Below are positions 10,007 to 24,399 of a stretch of DNA of 64,000 nucleotides, in pieces. The number at the start of each line of letters is the position of its first letter. The stretch's first letter is position 1. Under the pieces are notes generated by a model. It made no database searches. It worked only from the letters and a program-made list of their open reading frames with translations, and was not told the origin of the DNA. The DNA lies in NCBI GenBank assembly GCA_017499595.2, contig CM039010.1, positions 1,302,001 to 1,366,000 on the forward strand. Direction: 5' to 3'. The stretch is from Psilocybe cubensis (lineage: Eukaryota). Made by a program: the position numbers and the translations under genes.

Positions 10007-12801
10007 TCAAACTAGAACATACCCCTCGTCGATCTGTTCATTTCCGTGAGTTTTGAGTCCTTTGACTTTCCGTAAAATGGAGCACCTGCACTGCAGAATC
10101 CCTTTTGAAATCGAATTGCGTCTCGCGCCCGATTCGGGTTTCGAACAGTGACCTTTGCTCGTTGAAAGCTCAGTGCCCGGACCGCTTGAGTGATTGACAT
10201 TTTCATTCTGCTTGTACTGGGACTTGTCGTTTACAGACTGTGCCCACGTCACTTGCATGTCGTTATGTGAGACAGGTTGACTCTTCGGCTGTGCGTGTTC
10301 GTAGGCATGTGTGTATACATGTCCGTGCAGAGATATGGGACCGCCGCCAGATCGGCTAGAGCAAAATGAAGACCGTGATGACGCGACGCCTGCTGCCTCA
10401 CCACCACCCCTGATCCTATGTGCTGGTCCTCCGTTAACAACGGCATAATCCCAGACACCCGCTGTGGCTCCCACCACAGCAGAGCATGAAGCCCGTCGGG
10501 GTCGCCAATTTTGTACCTTCGTCGATGTCTGGCTATTCGACGAAGAGTGCGATTTGATCGAATTGGAGGGAGACAATTCGGAGCCCGATCCACGATTTAT
10601 CGAACCAGACTGTGACCTCGAATGCCTCTTCCCGCCAATTGAAAGTCCGATGTTTTGCACTTGCATTTGCCAACTCGATGGCGGAAAGGAATTGCCAGTC
10701 GGGGAAGATAATGGAGAAGTGAATGAGCTGGTCAGAGAAGACGAAGATGATCGCCGGTCTTTGGCGCTAAGCGGAAGCAGACTTGAAAGAGGATGTACGA
10801 GGTATTTAGTCTGTTCCTTTCCTGCCTTTTTCTTCTGTCCCCATTCGCAAACAAGAAGCGCTGTGGCCAAGGGCGCTTCTGATTCCGGTGTCGATACCAG
10901 TTTGGTCTCGCTGTTGTAATATTTATCCTCGCTTCCATCAGATGAAACGGAAAGCATGTCGAACGATTCGAGGATTTCGTAGATCCCTAGTTGCTTCACC
11001 CTTCCAAGACCAGGGGATAGCCATGAATCGTATGTTGTCCTTAGAGTAAAGCTAGTCAAGTGAGGGTTCTCTTTAGCAATCCTTGCTGCGCTCCTGGTGA
11101 TATCTTCATCACTGGACTTGTGAACTTTGGTAAGAACGAATGATTCAAGGCTCGGTGAACGTTGGACGATCGCCGAAAAGTCCCGCTAGAAATGTTAGAT
11201 CATTAGCAAACGTGTGTCACATCCCGAAATTAAAGTAAAACTGACGATATTGAAAGTCGGTCGTGAAAAACAAGCGACTTCTAGGTGCCTTAATCCAGGC
11301 CTACAGTAGACAAGGTTATTCAGGACGGTAAGATCGTCGAATTTGTGACCACGAAGGCTTTCTCCACTTGTTCTCCCACCAGACATTAAAGAGCCATGGC
11401 TTCCGAACGACAAGTCAATCCATATGCTGAGTGATTCGAGCCATCGTAATTCCTGGAGAAACGCGAATGTCGGTGGAAAACTCGAGGCAGTATGGTGCAA
11501 TGATGTGAGTTTCAAATGGCGCAATCGCTGCGGAAAGGGTAAAGTCTTCACAAACTTCAATGGTCCGCCGAATGTATCCACATTCGGCAACGCAGACGAT
11601 GGAAGTACAAAGGCTCCAGGAAAAAACGCGCTCCCACCGGCGTGCTGTAAGCTAATATGTCGTAGTCCTGGATGAGCTATGAAGAATGCCATAAACGCCG
11701 CATGATCTTTTCGCGCCTGATCTTCACCCGCGTGAGAGGCGATCATCAATGTGTCGCCAAGGACGAGGGTCTTCAGACGCGTCCAGCGCCCCAAGGTTAC
11801 ATGTCGGATATCGAACATTCGAGGTGAAGGAGCAGGACCTCCAATGGTCAGTTCTTCAAGTCTGGGACTCCGTTCCAAGATCATTGCCCAGAATCGCCTT
11901 GGAAGCTTTTCGACCTTGGGGGGGCCATCTGATGGTTCATTAGAATGAATTCAAGAATAAGCGATGTCATAAGCTCAACACACCCACAAGCCAATCCAAG
12001 GACTGGCATTTTGCTTTGATTGAAAATTGGCGGAGGTCATCGAAATCCCAAAGCTGAAAGATTCAGAAAATACAGCATAAGAAGCGTCGATTTCGTTCAG
12101 ACCGAAACAAACTAACCGGGCTAGAGCTATCCAAGGAATTCTCTCCGATAGTTGTGCCAATTCTTTTTAGATTGTGGCAGCTATTAGCAATGATTGAAAT
12201 TGAGTGATGAATTAATTGATGGCGATGGGCACATACGACGTCCTCAAACTGTCCCATAGCTCTGGGCCTGGCATCTCCAACCCATCCCATTCAAACGCCT
12301 CCAGCGCTTGTAGGCGGGGTGCCATACGAGCAATAAGAGTAGCCAGAAGATCCTCGTCCATCTCATCTCCCGAGTCTGTCCATTCAACGCAGTTGGGACG
12401 AACAACAAGCCGCCGAATATGTTGTGTTAGGTCTGGGCGTTTGGCCAAAGCGATTAGCGCCGTTTTGCAATGCTTGTTTGTCTTGAGTTCGACATTTGCG
12501 TATAGGACAGGGCCGAGGATTTTTGACAAACGACGCGACTAGCAAGCAGCAGGATGGGTTAGATGATCGCCCGGCGAGACGAGAAAGAACTCACACATGA
12601 ACTGAGGCTCAGGACATCTCTGAGATCAGATTGACGCGCAATATCCTGGATGATGAACGCTGGCAAACGCTCAACTGGTGATCTATGTGTAGGCAGTGAG
12701 GACGCGGGTGGGGGTGGGATTGACAAGTTTGACTTGAGCAACTTGTGTAGGCTCGACACCGGAGACAAGGAGGTCTGGACAGACATGGATAACGAGACCA
12801 T
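10007..12801 (-). CDS. F-box-like / RNI-like LRR protein with Ser-rich C-terminal tail
   Basis: VERLPAFIIQDIARQSDLRDVLSLSSC...LYANVEL (F-box-like), LRR-like repeats (RLEELTIGG, RLKTLVLG, GLRHISL, RLRHLKL); exons joined by GT-AG introns. Confidence 0.75.
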
Positions 12802-15419
12802 GATGGTGAGGGCAGGGAATAAGTAGTCCAAAATTAGGATTCTTCTGGGAAGAGAATTTTGAAACCTCTTGAAAATGACGGATAGATATATGTCATGAAA
12901 TGAATTACTCCGCCAGGGGCGGGGCCAGAGCAACGAGGTTAATGTACCCGATCGAGTTATGACGAAATCTTAACAGCGGTCGGTTGCACGCTCTCGGTCC
13001 GGCCTTGGCTCTATGAGTCCTTGAATCAGATCTCAACGCAGACCTATACATGGGGAACCTTGTCCTTGAGGATTACCAGTGCTGAATAGCGTCTGATGCT
13101 GCACAAACACGTTTCCCGCCACCACATAAACGTGCTGTCCAGTGACAGATCGAATGCGATTCCAATTCGGATTCATGCTATATTAGAATCCTCGGACGAG
13201 GGCCAAAAACATAATTTCTCGAGGCCATTGGTAAATGGTAACGCAATCGGTAGCCATGCTGAAAATGTTCGGTCGTCTGAGAGACACTGGGTTAACTTTT
13301 GTCCTGGTAAAACAAGTGGCAGGCCGCTGGCAACAACTTGCAGGCCGCAGCCAATCTTGGCAGTGAGCCAGTCGGTTGTTGTGCATTCCCGTCTCAAACA
13401 AATACAATATGCCTCAGGCACACAAATTCGGCAAGGAGCGGACCATCCTTAGATTCGAAGGCATCTCACTACAAAATGAAAATTCTAGTAGCATTCCGCC
13501 ACCAAGATCGCCATCCAACTAACTACTATTATGACCTCAGTGGAAGGTCCTTATCTGCTTACACCTTCTATCTACACTGAACAGCACCCCATACATTCAG
13601 TACGCCAGTAAAGATCCCCCATGTATAGACCGGCGCGTACCTGGCATGAAACGAGGCTGCTTCCAAGCATAGAAAGCGGCACATCCAAGTCGGAATTTGT
13701 TCTTCGCAGGTCTCAGTAACAAAAAATAGCCTGCGGTTCTACAGGTTATCGCTCCAATTATTGCGTCTGTTCACTCGATGTCTTTCTTTGGATCATTTCC
13801 ATCAGCTGATTCTTGAATCCTGTCATGGTAATCTAAAAAAGCATAAATAATCATAAGACCGTCCTTATCCAGTTACAGTAGAGTGTTGATGGTACTCCTG
13901 GGGTAAAACACTCTCAATTAGAACACAACAAAAGGTACAGTGTCTTTCACGTTGAAAACAGTTTGCATGTACCTCATGCTCAGGGACTTATTATTTTTCA
14001 TTCATCAAAATTATTGTCCAATCTTGTGGGATTTCAAGGTTGGTAATCCTTTGCGATCTGCTCCATGCAAATCAATGGATCGGATGGTCGGCGTTGTCGG
14101 CGCTAATGTCGGAGCTGGAAGTAGCACATTCATGTGGAGGCTCAGTACGAGCCCAAGTTCTGTAGATGGCTACGTGCTCGTCAAACCTCCTAATACGTTC
14201 ACTGTGCCAGCGCCAAAAGGATGGCGCACTTAGCGCGTTCTACACTCGCTCTTGACCCTAACTGGGGATGCGCTATATGAACATATAATGGCATCCGAGA
14301 AGGGTCTATTTGTGTACTTAATGCGCCGAGTATACTACGCCTTTATCTCGGGCAGCCTGGTTGAGCATGATTTGATGCCTCTATTGCCGTATATCCTGAA
14401 TGCCGGTGCATTGCCATCGGAATCCGATTGTGTTAATTTACCGATTCCTCCTCATTTCCATATTACCTCGTTTCTACTTCGCCAGATCCCGGAAGACTAT
14501 CATCTAAAGTATCAAAAGATTACAGCGATCACAGCACAATGGTAACTGATTAGATCGTTATTTGGTCAGTGAAGCTCAAGCTCAAGTCTCAAAATGACAC
14601 ATGTACCGAAATAGGTGGGCGCTAATTTTGTCATACTTTCGATAGTAACATATGACTCAGGTCCATCTAGCTGTCGTATGCATCTGGATATTAGTCCACG
14701 AGACGCAGCGCCCAGGACTGGTTTGAAATCTTGTATCGTACTTTGATTCGAATCGTTACACTCATGTTTATTTATTTCACTGATATAACCCTGATTTCCG
14801 TACTCTCCGATCCTCCATTGACTTACAATACCAATTTATGATGCTTTGAGATGTCTGTCGGAGTGAGCAGGTAATTAATTTCCTCGATTCGAAGGTCGGA
14901 TTTCTGAGCCTCCCCATGGATCTATGTACTTTATAAAACGGTGTACTACCCCTCGGTATTGGCGAAGGCCGTGCATACAGGATGGATCACACAAGAGCTT
15001 CTTTGCCTTCTCATGAAGCAGCACGAAAGTGAGTTCCCGTTATCTCCGGAAACTCTTTTCGCCGGAGTCAGACAGCTAGATTTTCCCTCTACAAGTAAGT
15101 ATAGATAGTAAAGTGTCATCCGTGATAGATCGAGAGAAAGGTGGAGACTAGTCGGCTTCAAAAATTTGAATATAGAAGTAGATACAATATTAACTGCTCA
15201 ACAATGTAGAGTCTTTCTTGAAGTACACACACATATATATACTAAACCTGACAGGTGTTATAGTCCAAGAATACAGAGAACTAAACAATAACTTTCCTGC
15301 CCAACATAACATGCTGATGACACTTGGGTCGAGACCGAGTGTCAAAAATTGATTGCAGAGCTGAAAAAAAAATCTGAGTGCCGGTCCATTTGGCATTTGG
15401 ACTCGAGCGATGGCTTCTT

Positions 15420-17814
15420 TCACACAGGTGGAACTAGTGATGGAGACGTCTCCTCGTCCACCTCTTCTCGTGGGGGCCACAGCCAGTGAAGACTTGATTG
15501 CACATGCCAATCCAGATCAGCAATCATATCAGCCTCGGTCGGGTTTTGTATACTGTGTCTATATGATGTAAGAAAACGGTGAATATATTTCTTTGAATGA
15601 GACTGATCATTCCACTCACGCTGATCGAACATGTTTTTCAATAATTGCAGTATTACCCCGTTGCTTGCAATGGGCACAGAATACAGCGTAGGAGGAGGCT
15701 CGATGCCGTGCAAATTTCTCGTCGAGTCTATGAGCAACTTTTGCCGCCTCTTCCCCCTCCAGTAAGATCAAATTTGGGGTTAGAGATCCAGACCCGGAAT
15801 GGCTCTCGGCATTGTGCTGAGCCTAATGATAAAAGGGGTGAGTAATGAGCATAAATTTTCTAGTGATTGGATGATGAAGTACCAGCATGTCCCATCTCAT
15901 TGTACAGCGCCCAATGTGTTGGTTATTGCAAGACACACATTCGAGGATGGGATCCGCTGCATTCATATCTGCCATGGTTGTTACAGCGGGGTCGAAACCA
16001 AATTGACTGAGAATCTTTGATAGAAAGAGCATGTCTTCCTTCTGAAAACTGATCACTTCATTGTGGTTCCAACGATTGCATACATCAAAGTCGCATCTTG
16101 TCTTGCAATGCTCATGAACCGCGATCCTTGGATACCAAAGGAATTTTGTGGGAGTCTGTATATTGGCGCATAGTTTGCAACGGAAAACGGTCGTCGCCAA
16201 GTTAAGTACCGTGTTGGAGTCGAATTCGTAGCTTTCGCCACAGGCAGACCGAACGAGCCCACGAAGCACCTCTTCCATTTCATGTGTCAGTTGAACAGTA
16301 ATTTCCGGGAACTGTTCGCGCAAAACTTCCAGCTCGGATTTAGGGTCGGGGGTGCGTGTAGCAGAGTCCTTGAACATGTCCTGCACAATTGGCAGAGCAG
16401 CAAGATCACCCAACGAAGGGACGAATGCGTTAGGGGGGATGACAGCGGCGCACGTTTTAATCACGTCCTCAAGTACGTCCCCGGTCTTCCTCGCAAGATA
16501 CTCGCGTTCTCTCTCGACCCTTGCCTTTTGAACATTGGTCATATGCTCGTTTATGTACGGTTCCAACATCAAGAGATCTATCACGCCATTCAGAGGTGGA
16601 GAAGCATAACGATGGCTCTTAAGCACCCACCTTTTTCAGTTACTTCTTTTTGACACATCTTAACCACCTTAGTCAAATTCTGTGGTTGATCTCTCTCATT
16701 CCGAATTTTGGCAAGTTTGGTACCCCATCCAAGGGCTTCAATACGGGCGACAATTCTACAAGCAAATTAGCAAACTGGCTTAGAAAACAATTACAACGAG
16801 AACCCACTTTTGTTTGCGTCGAACCACTAGTTCCTTTTCCCACAACGTCGCCCATACTCTGCATTGATTCTGATGCTTTACGGTACGCATAAATCACACA
16901 GTCATGCAGAATTTTGGGGGTTACTTACCACGGATATAGCCTTTCGTTCACTAATTTTCTTTTGGGTCCATTCATTTTTATCATTGGCTGCATCATATTC
17001 CTTCTGCCAGGTTGTCATCGTTCTCTTGAGGTAATAGCTAGACACTACCAAAATGTCACCAATCGGCGAAAGAAGAAAACGAGAAGCGTGGAGTTACTCA
17101 CTAGATTTCTTTTCGCTGACATGAAATATGGGTACATAAGGTTCCAATTGTTGTGGCGCAGAACATTTCGGCGCACAACTAAAATGGGAGGGTTAGTACT
17201 CGACCTTGCACAATGAGATCAACATACACTGAGTGTATACATGTTGTGCATAATCGAACTCTCGCGCTCCATGAGGTATGTAGATTTACTAGTCTCTTGA
17301 GACAATGCTATAGATTCAGGAGTTAAACCAGATAGAATGCGCCTCAAAGCAAGCTTACATAGCAATCAGCGCCGAACAAAAGTCTAGCGTATTCAGCTTC
17401 TGTCACATCGCTTGGACGATCGGGGATGCCAGACATGAGAGAGAGACTATTCTTCCAGATTCCGGAAGACCCGTCTGCCATCAAAGTGTGGTATATGTAG
17501 CTTGAGGTCCTGGAAAGATTCAAGACATCCATAGGTTCCATTGTTGCGCAAATCTGTTGAGATGACGTTGGCGACATACTGTTGCTGCCTTGGAAAGAAC
17601 ATACCTCGTAGTATATGTCAAGCGGCATGTTGTTCAGGGCGGGTGGACCGTCATCTGGCTTCCTGTTCCGGTTTGTAGGAGCGCGTTTGGTGGTCTTTCG
17701 CCGTTTCTTAACAGGTTGGACGTCGCTGTCATTGTCGGATGGCACTTCAGCCGGCGCTGGTGACTCAGTCGCAGCTGTGGTGTTTGCTGTGGATTTGCGT
17801 TTGGCTCGAGCCAT
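15420..17814 (-). CDS. F-box protein (Agaricomycete expanded family)
   Basis: Basic NLS-like N-terminus; LNNMPLDIYYE|ICATMEPMDVLNLSRTS; PSDVTEAEYARLLF; LNLATTVFRCKLC; GFDPAVTTMADMN. The 3' end is approximate. Confidence 0.85.
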
Positions 17815-18338
17815 TGTGGGGAGGTGTATGCCCTGTTGGACGAAGTACGACGTGTTAAATGTTGAAAAGACGCGTAGGGCACCCCGGGGGCAACCAAGTT
17901 CAAGCTGACTCAGAGGTCACGTCGCGTATTTTGATGGAAGAAGAAGAAACGTGACCGTGTCACAAATTAGATAAATTGACGCGTTTAGGGGCAAGCATTC
18001 TGTGGCATCATAATTAACTAAAGACTATGCAGATGGAAGGTAATCCAGGAGATGAGTTGACTTGATTAAAAATAATTGTACCATTTATTCTCAATGAATA
18101 GTAAACTCGGTATATCAAGTGCCCGTTGAAATTCATTTTAAAGCGTCACAAAAAGGGTTCGTTCGCATAGCTGACGGACTACACAGTGACTTGGGAGTCA
18201 AAATTGGAATAATTTTTACATCGCCAATACTATAAGCACGTTGAAATATTGACTGAGTCATGTTCAAAGATATTAAATTCAAAATGGTGACTTGGGGAAA
18301 ATATTCGATACCACTCGGATCTCCAATCCCCAATAAGT

Positions 18339-19781
18339 TTAGGGGCAGAAAGTGAGGGTATAGTCAGCCTTGAGGCTTGATGGGCAGGTCCAGAGGGCTG
18401 TGCCGCTACCTTCATCGTAAGCATAGGCATATGCTTTCGGACAATTTTTCTCTGCCAAAAAGGTAAATACCATTCCAGCTGGGGAAGTTGACGAAAACTT
18501 ACTGAAGTAGCTGTAGTATGCAACTCCTGTTGCCCACCAAGACTAAGTCAGATAATAAAATCATTGCTTCGTAAGAATCAACGTTACCTGAAGATGGGCA
18601 CGTCTCAGGGGTATTGTGACTTCCAGAACAGCAATTACCAGAGTTTCCTGATATCATTGCAGATTATAAGAACGGAAAATCGAGTTTAGTAATCCACAAA
18701 TCTCACCTTGATTCCCATCAAGGTTGGCAAAGCAAGCCGACTTGCAGCCAACTGGGAATCCGGAAGCGTCGTACGGTCCTTTCAATGCAGCGGGGCCTAA
18801 GAGAAAATTTCCACGACAGTTCAGCACGTCCATTTCGATTCTTAAATAGGTCAAATCTATGAGCTTACAGTTCGGACCTAAGTCGACCGGGCAGTCAGCC
18901 ACTGGGCATCCTTTATTGTTAGTAATCCTAAAGTCAGTGAGTCAGTTGCCACTTTCAGTCAGAAAGCTAGATTCGCCATGCTTACCTCATTGGAAGATTA
19001 TAACCGTCAACCAGAGAGACTGAAAAAACTTATTATTGACTAGTCTCTTCTCGCATTTCGAATGCTTACCGTCGTAATAGTCCTTGTTCTCGGCGCCTTC
19101 CAAAGTCCATTCTGCAACAGTTGCAGGAGGAACACCCTACCCAAGCATTAGCAAATTGAAGTATAACTTAAACGGGGTATCGTCTTACAGTTCCGGTGCG
19201 AGAATTGCATTGGAGACCTCCATTACAGCCTCCTGTTATGCACGAGTTTGGTCCCGGGTTTTTGCTGAAATCGCAGTTACGTCTTCCCTGGGTTACTAAT
19301 TAGACTTTGTGGACAATCAGGAATACTATGCATACATACCCAGATACGACCCGCCTTCCAATTGTCAGGTACCGTGAATGACACTTTGGTGTAAGGTTTC
19401 GCCTCCCATCTATGGTAAGTATTTCTGTGAGCGATTTTCTTTGAGGAAATATGTGAAGCATACCCTGTTGTGTACGAAGGAACATTCGGCGCGACGTTCA
19501 GGTCGGTAAAAATCTAACAAATAATATGATTAAATGGCGAAATGTTTCTGAACGAGGTATAGTACGAACTGCCGGCCTATATAAAGATGAAATTTCAATA
19601 TATATCAAAAATAGAGTGTCTGATATCTTACCAAATTGTGAACGGGCATGCGTTGTAGACCTACATGATCGTTTAAATTAGATTAGGCTTCTTTAATCCC
19701 AGAAATACAACAAACAGTGAAGGTGCGAGCAGATGCCCCAATTGCAAAGGTTAAAGCAGTGGATATGAATGTCGCCTTCAT
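18339..19781 (-). CDS. Secreted thaumatin-like protein (probable beta-1,3-glucan-binding or glucanase), copy 1
   Basis: Signal peptide, then ARTFT|VYNACPFTIW, GRIW|GRRNC, PPATVAEWTL, DYYD|VSLVDGYNLPM, GCKSAC, CCSGSH, KNCPKAYAYAYD, YTLTFCP*. Confidence 0.95.
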
Positions 19782-21613
19782 GTCTGAGAGATTAGTGTGT
19801 GGAAGAAGAGTACGTTTTCCTTACTGAATCTCGCAGTTTGCTTGCCTCCTTTATAGAAGGCCGACACATCGATAGAACAAATCAAGACATTACTGCACAG
19901 GTAGTTCCACATCTTAGGACACCATGAGACCAACTTCATCCGCTGTCTTTACCCACGCGGCAGTTCTCGTGATATGACAAGCTTGTCGAGTCGAGCATAT
20001 GTCAGTCAGTCAATTACTTGTAACGGTAAAGACAGTGCTGCACATGGTGCACGCTACATAGCGCCGAAGGAGCAGTTGGAGCCATCAGTAGACTTGCTAC
20101 TTTCTCGGACCCATCTACGTCAACTGTCATCCCGAGCACCGACGATCCAAAGATATCAAAAGGAGATATCTAGTCATTTTGCGGTTCTACCATTTTTCAA
20201 ACCTAACGCATTCTGCAAACGTTCGAAACAAACCCGTCTTTTCGAATTACATGAAGATACAATGAAATATTACTGTAGCCTGTGCGCACTTGCTGCATTA
20301 CTCTGCCCTTCAAACCGGTCGTCATAATTGCTGTTTATTTTTAGCTTATGAAATAAGCGCCGACGACACTTTGTTACGCTGACACAAAATTCGAACCAGG
20401 GGATAAACAAATTTTCTCTAACTCTTCAACGATGCAAAATCCTATGGATCTGTTAGAATATCTGATACGACGGAGACATTAAATTTTGACCGTTGGACTC
20501 ATCACACCCCTTTTTGGACAGTCACGGTGAGAGCAATGAAGAGCCGGTCCAATGCCTCGTGTCTCGTGTTTGCTCCAGGAATAACTCAAATCCCTCTGAT
20601 TAATTGATTGAACTGCCCTAGAAATGTATAGTGTCTCAAAACTTGTAAGCAATGCTTTCCAATCAACCGCCGTCATCCGGTCGTGGTGGAGAAAACCCTC
20701 TGCTGATCTTCTTGGATGGAAACTTCCATTATTATGAGCCACACCGGACCCTCGCTTTTCATCGTCACTTCAAGGCAGCTGATATTATGCTAGTACACTG
20801 CGCGTGAATGCCCAAATTCAGAGACTACCATACGCCATACAAATCCATAGTTTGACCCCGTGCTTGGGCTTTCTAGCTCGTGATGTATAGATAATTGAGT
20901 CGGGGTATCATATCCCCATAGGTTAGTTATACACTATGCTTCGATAATGCGCGAACTTGATACGAGTCAAAACTTAAAATTCTCATCACTTGTTGTCATA
21001 TCAGTCAAATTAGACTACTATGTAGCAATCCATCAGTTCTTTTGGTCTCGTCGCGCACCTACAATTCACCAGCATATACGCAGGAGTTGGACGCCTTTCG
21101 AGTAAAACTGATGCAATACCACGTTTGTACATGTTTTAAATCAACCGGGAGTGATATGATTTTCTTATCGCAGAGACAGCATCGATACGCGATATCCATA
21201 TCTATCAAGACTCTACAAAGGATTTGAGTGCGACGAAGCGGCAAACAGATGGAAATTGTACTGGAAAGCGTTAGTGTGATCTTGGAGCATAGGGTACTAT
21301 CCATTGTCCATTCCGTTCGGAGCTTCTTTCTATACACTAAGCCTTACTCGTTAAACGGATATTAGCATAACTAGATGTTCGAGCTGGAGACCGCCAGGCT
21401 TGGTAATCTGCACCCAGGCTATAAATAGTATGGTTAGCTCATATGTCGGTCCACATGACAGTACTGGATACAATGTATGGTCGAAAGCAACGTGTTCATT
21501 TTTATTCTGGTGGTATAAATCTCGAGAATAGCTATATTTGAACGCCTACGCTGGCGATAAATAACGACGAAAGACAGGTTTCCCCGAATGAGCGAAAATG
21601 GAAGTAACGATGA

Positions 21614-22950
21614 TCAAGGGCAGAAGGTCAGAGTATAGTCGGCGTTCAGACCGGAGTCGCACGTCCAGAGCGCAGTACCGCTTGATTCGTCGAAGGCGTA
21701 TGCGTAAGAGTTGGGGCAGTTTTGTTTGAAATAGCTGTAGAATTGGACACCTGAAATTTCATCCAAATCATCAGACAATTGCCCAAAAAGGAATGGATCA
21801 ATACTTACCTGAGGGAGGACAAGTCGCGGGGGTATTATGTGAGCCAGAGCAGCAGTTGGCTGAGTTGGCTATTGGAAATGGATTAGCCTTTGAGTTAGGT
21901 ATTTGAATGATACGATGCTTACTTGGGTTGCCATCCAAGTTAGCGACACAAGCACTCTTGCATCCTACAGGGAAGCCAGTAGAGTCGAATGGTCCCTTAA
22001 GCTGGGAAGGACCTACAAACATAATGAGTGTCAGATAATCGGGGCTATTACCGTGGCCGATAACGCACAATTCGGACCGAGGTCAACTGGGCAGTCAGCA
22101 ACGGGGCATCCCACGTTGTTGGTGATCCTTGCGGGGAGATTGTACCCGTCAACGAGAGAGACTGCAAGAAACGTGTTCAGTATATGATTTGAAGCATGGA
22201 TAAAATGGGTTCTCACTATCGTAGAAGTCACGGTTCCCGTCTCCCTCGAGAGTCCACTCTGCTACAGTGGCAGGCGGGACACCCTGGACCAAATATTAGC
22301 CAAACAGCTTATATGTATTTGATGGAAATACGCCTACGGTGCCGGTGTGAGGATCGCATTGCAAGCCACCATTGCAGCCGCCATCCAAGCACGAATTGGG
22401 ACCGGGATTGGTTGCAAAGTTACAATCGCGGCGGGCCTATCATCGAACAAATGGTTAGGTGTTGGCTGAGATCTCGCATCAGGCAAATAGACTTACCCAG
22501 ATACGACCAGCCTTCCAGTTATTCGGAACAGTAAAAGATACTTTAGTGAAAGAGGGTGCTTCCCATCTAGAGAGAATTATGATGTGAGTAAAACATCTAC
22601 TATGTCATTTCGAAGTCATACCCAGTTTGGAAGTTTGGGACGTTCGGTGCAACGTTCAAATCGGTGAACATCTTAATCAATCATCAGAACATGATATTAA
22701 ACTGCAATGATAGTAAAAACAAATTTACCGCAGGCCTGTAGATAGCAGAGAAATTTATCAGATGTATTCCTCTACAATAGGACATTGGTAGCCTACCAGA
22801 TAGTGAAAGGGCAAGCATTGAAGACCTGTACCCGATCGAGCAACAGTCAGACGCATCTTTCAAGCACACCAAAAGACTACGAACGGTGAATGTTCGAGCA
22901 GCAGCCGACGAAATAAGGGCCGAAGCTCCGACAAGGTAAAAGCTCTTCAT
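21614..22950 (-). CDS. Secreted thaumatin-like protein, copy 2
   Basis: Same motif set (VSLVDGYNLPARITNNVGCPVADCPVDLGPN, GCKSAC, NCPNSYAYAFD, YTLTFCP*); tandem paralogue of copy 1. Confidence 0.95.
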
Positions 22951-24399
22951 GGTAACAATTGACGCGTCGTTCTATGCAAGAAAAAGATGGGCTGGAGTTG
23001 AAAGTGCTGGAGACACACAACTAACAAACTACATTTCTCCGTCTTTTTATACGATTCTGCATACACCTCAGATGACAGAACTAGAGGATATAAGGAAATC
23101 TTGACATTGAAAATAGCGCGAGAGCTGGCAGCGAACGAGGTCAGCGTTCAAAGTTCCTTCGTCATTCACGCACGGAAAAACTTACCTGTCACTTTACTAC
23201 TCGACATTCATTCCTATCTTCTTCCTTCATCACAAAATCATATGAGACGGGTGTGACTAAATGGACCATACAGCTGATAAAAGATGATTCGGACCACGAT
23301 ATCAACAATCTAGAACAGAAAACCCAAAAAAAAGTAACACTAGTAAAGTAGTAGGTGTCAACACTGCTCTAAAAGATAAAGAAACTCACAGGAGTAAAGA
23401 GCTCCACAAGCCGCATTGGCAAGGGCGAAAGCTCGCACAGTGAAACCTTAGTTACGACTAAAACTCAACCAAAGGTACTCACATGTTAACGCCGAAACGA
23501 GCAACGTCCGTGAATTGCTGCGCTCGTACAACAGCATCCACAAGGTCTTGAAGGAAATATCTCCTTCTCTTGATCGTAGCATGGGAACAAATGCGGCTGG
23601 AAAGGCAAGGATAGCAAGCCGAACAAAAAATTGCAAACGTGATGGAAATAAAAAAGAAGTTTTTTTGGCACGCTAATGGATAAGTTTCTTGCCGGATATC
23701 ATAGCCCTTGAAATCTCTGCAATGTAAATAAGAAGATTTGAACGAAAACAGCAGCGGAAATAACAGCAAACGGAAAACGAACCCAAGTAAAGAGAGCCGT
23801 GATCCCCGCGGTCCACACGAAAAAGAATCCCAAACTAATCACGCGCACACTTTTGCAACATCGAACCCGGATGGCCACGACACTGCACCGCCTAAAAAAT
23901 AACAAAATATACGCGTTTCCAAATAAAAAAAATCATCTGGTCATTACATGGTATAAAAAAGAACAGAGATCATTAGATGGCTCGTGAGGAGACTTGACAA
24001 GATTTTTTTCGGAGGGTCATATTGTCTTGTATGTATGGTAGGCGTTACACTAAAAAATTGTCCTTGCGCTGAGTAGAAAAGAAGTGGCCAAAAAAAGAAA
24101 TGAGAAAAATCCAACGATAGCCGCCGTGGGGGGGAATGGAGGATGTAGAAAAAGCGGAGCTACCGAGTGATGTATATATATAAACGTGTAAGAGAGAGGG
24201 GCAACGGCGGGTGGAGGAGCACGAAGAAAAATATTGAGAAAGGTCCATGAGAAATCGCTGCAACCTCAAAGAATAATTAAAAGGCGTATTGATAGAAAGA
24301 GTTGATGAGCTTCAGGTGCAGTGATTGATCTATGAAGTTGGATTGATGTGTGTTGATGAAGGTTGGTCGTAAAAAAGATTAGAGGGTCCAAGAGTCCAT

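Noticed and set aside
13000..15400. Short ORFs between the two F-box genes
   Set aside because: No recognisable motifs or consistent splice chain; at most a small paralogue remnant (LGLDPSVISM) near 15310-15345.
23447..23482. Possible intron in the FKS1 downstream region
   Set aside because: Only 36 nt with a weak branch point and acceptor.
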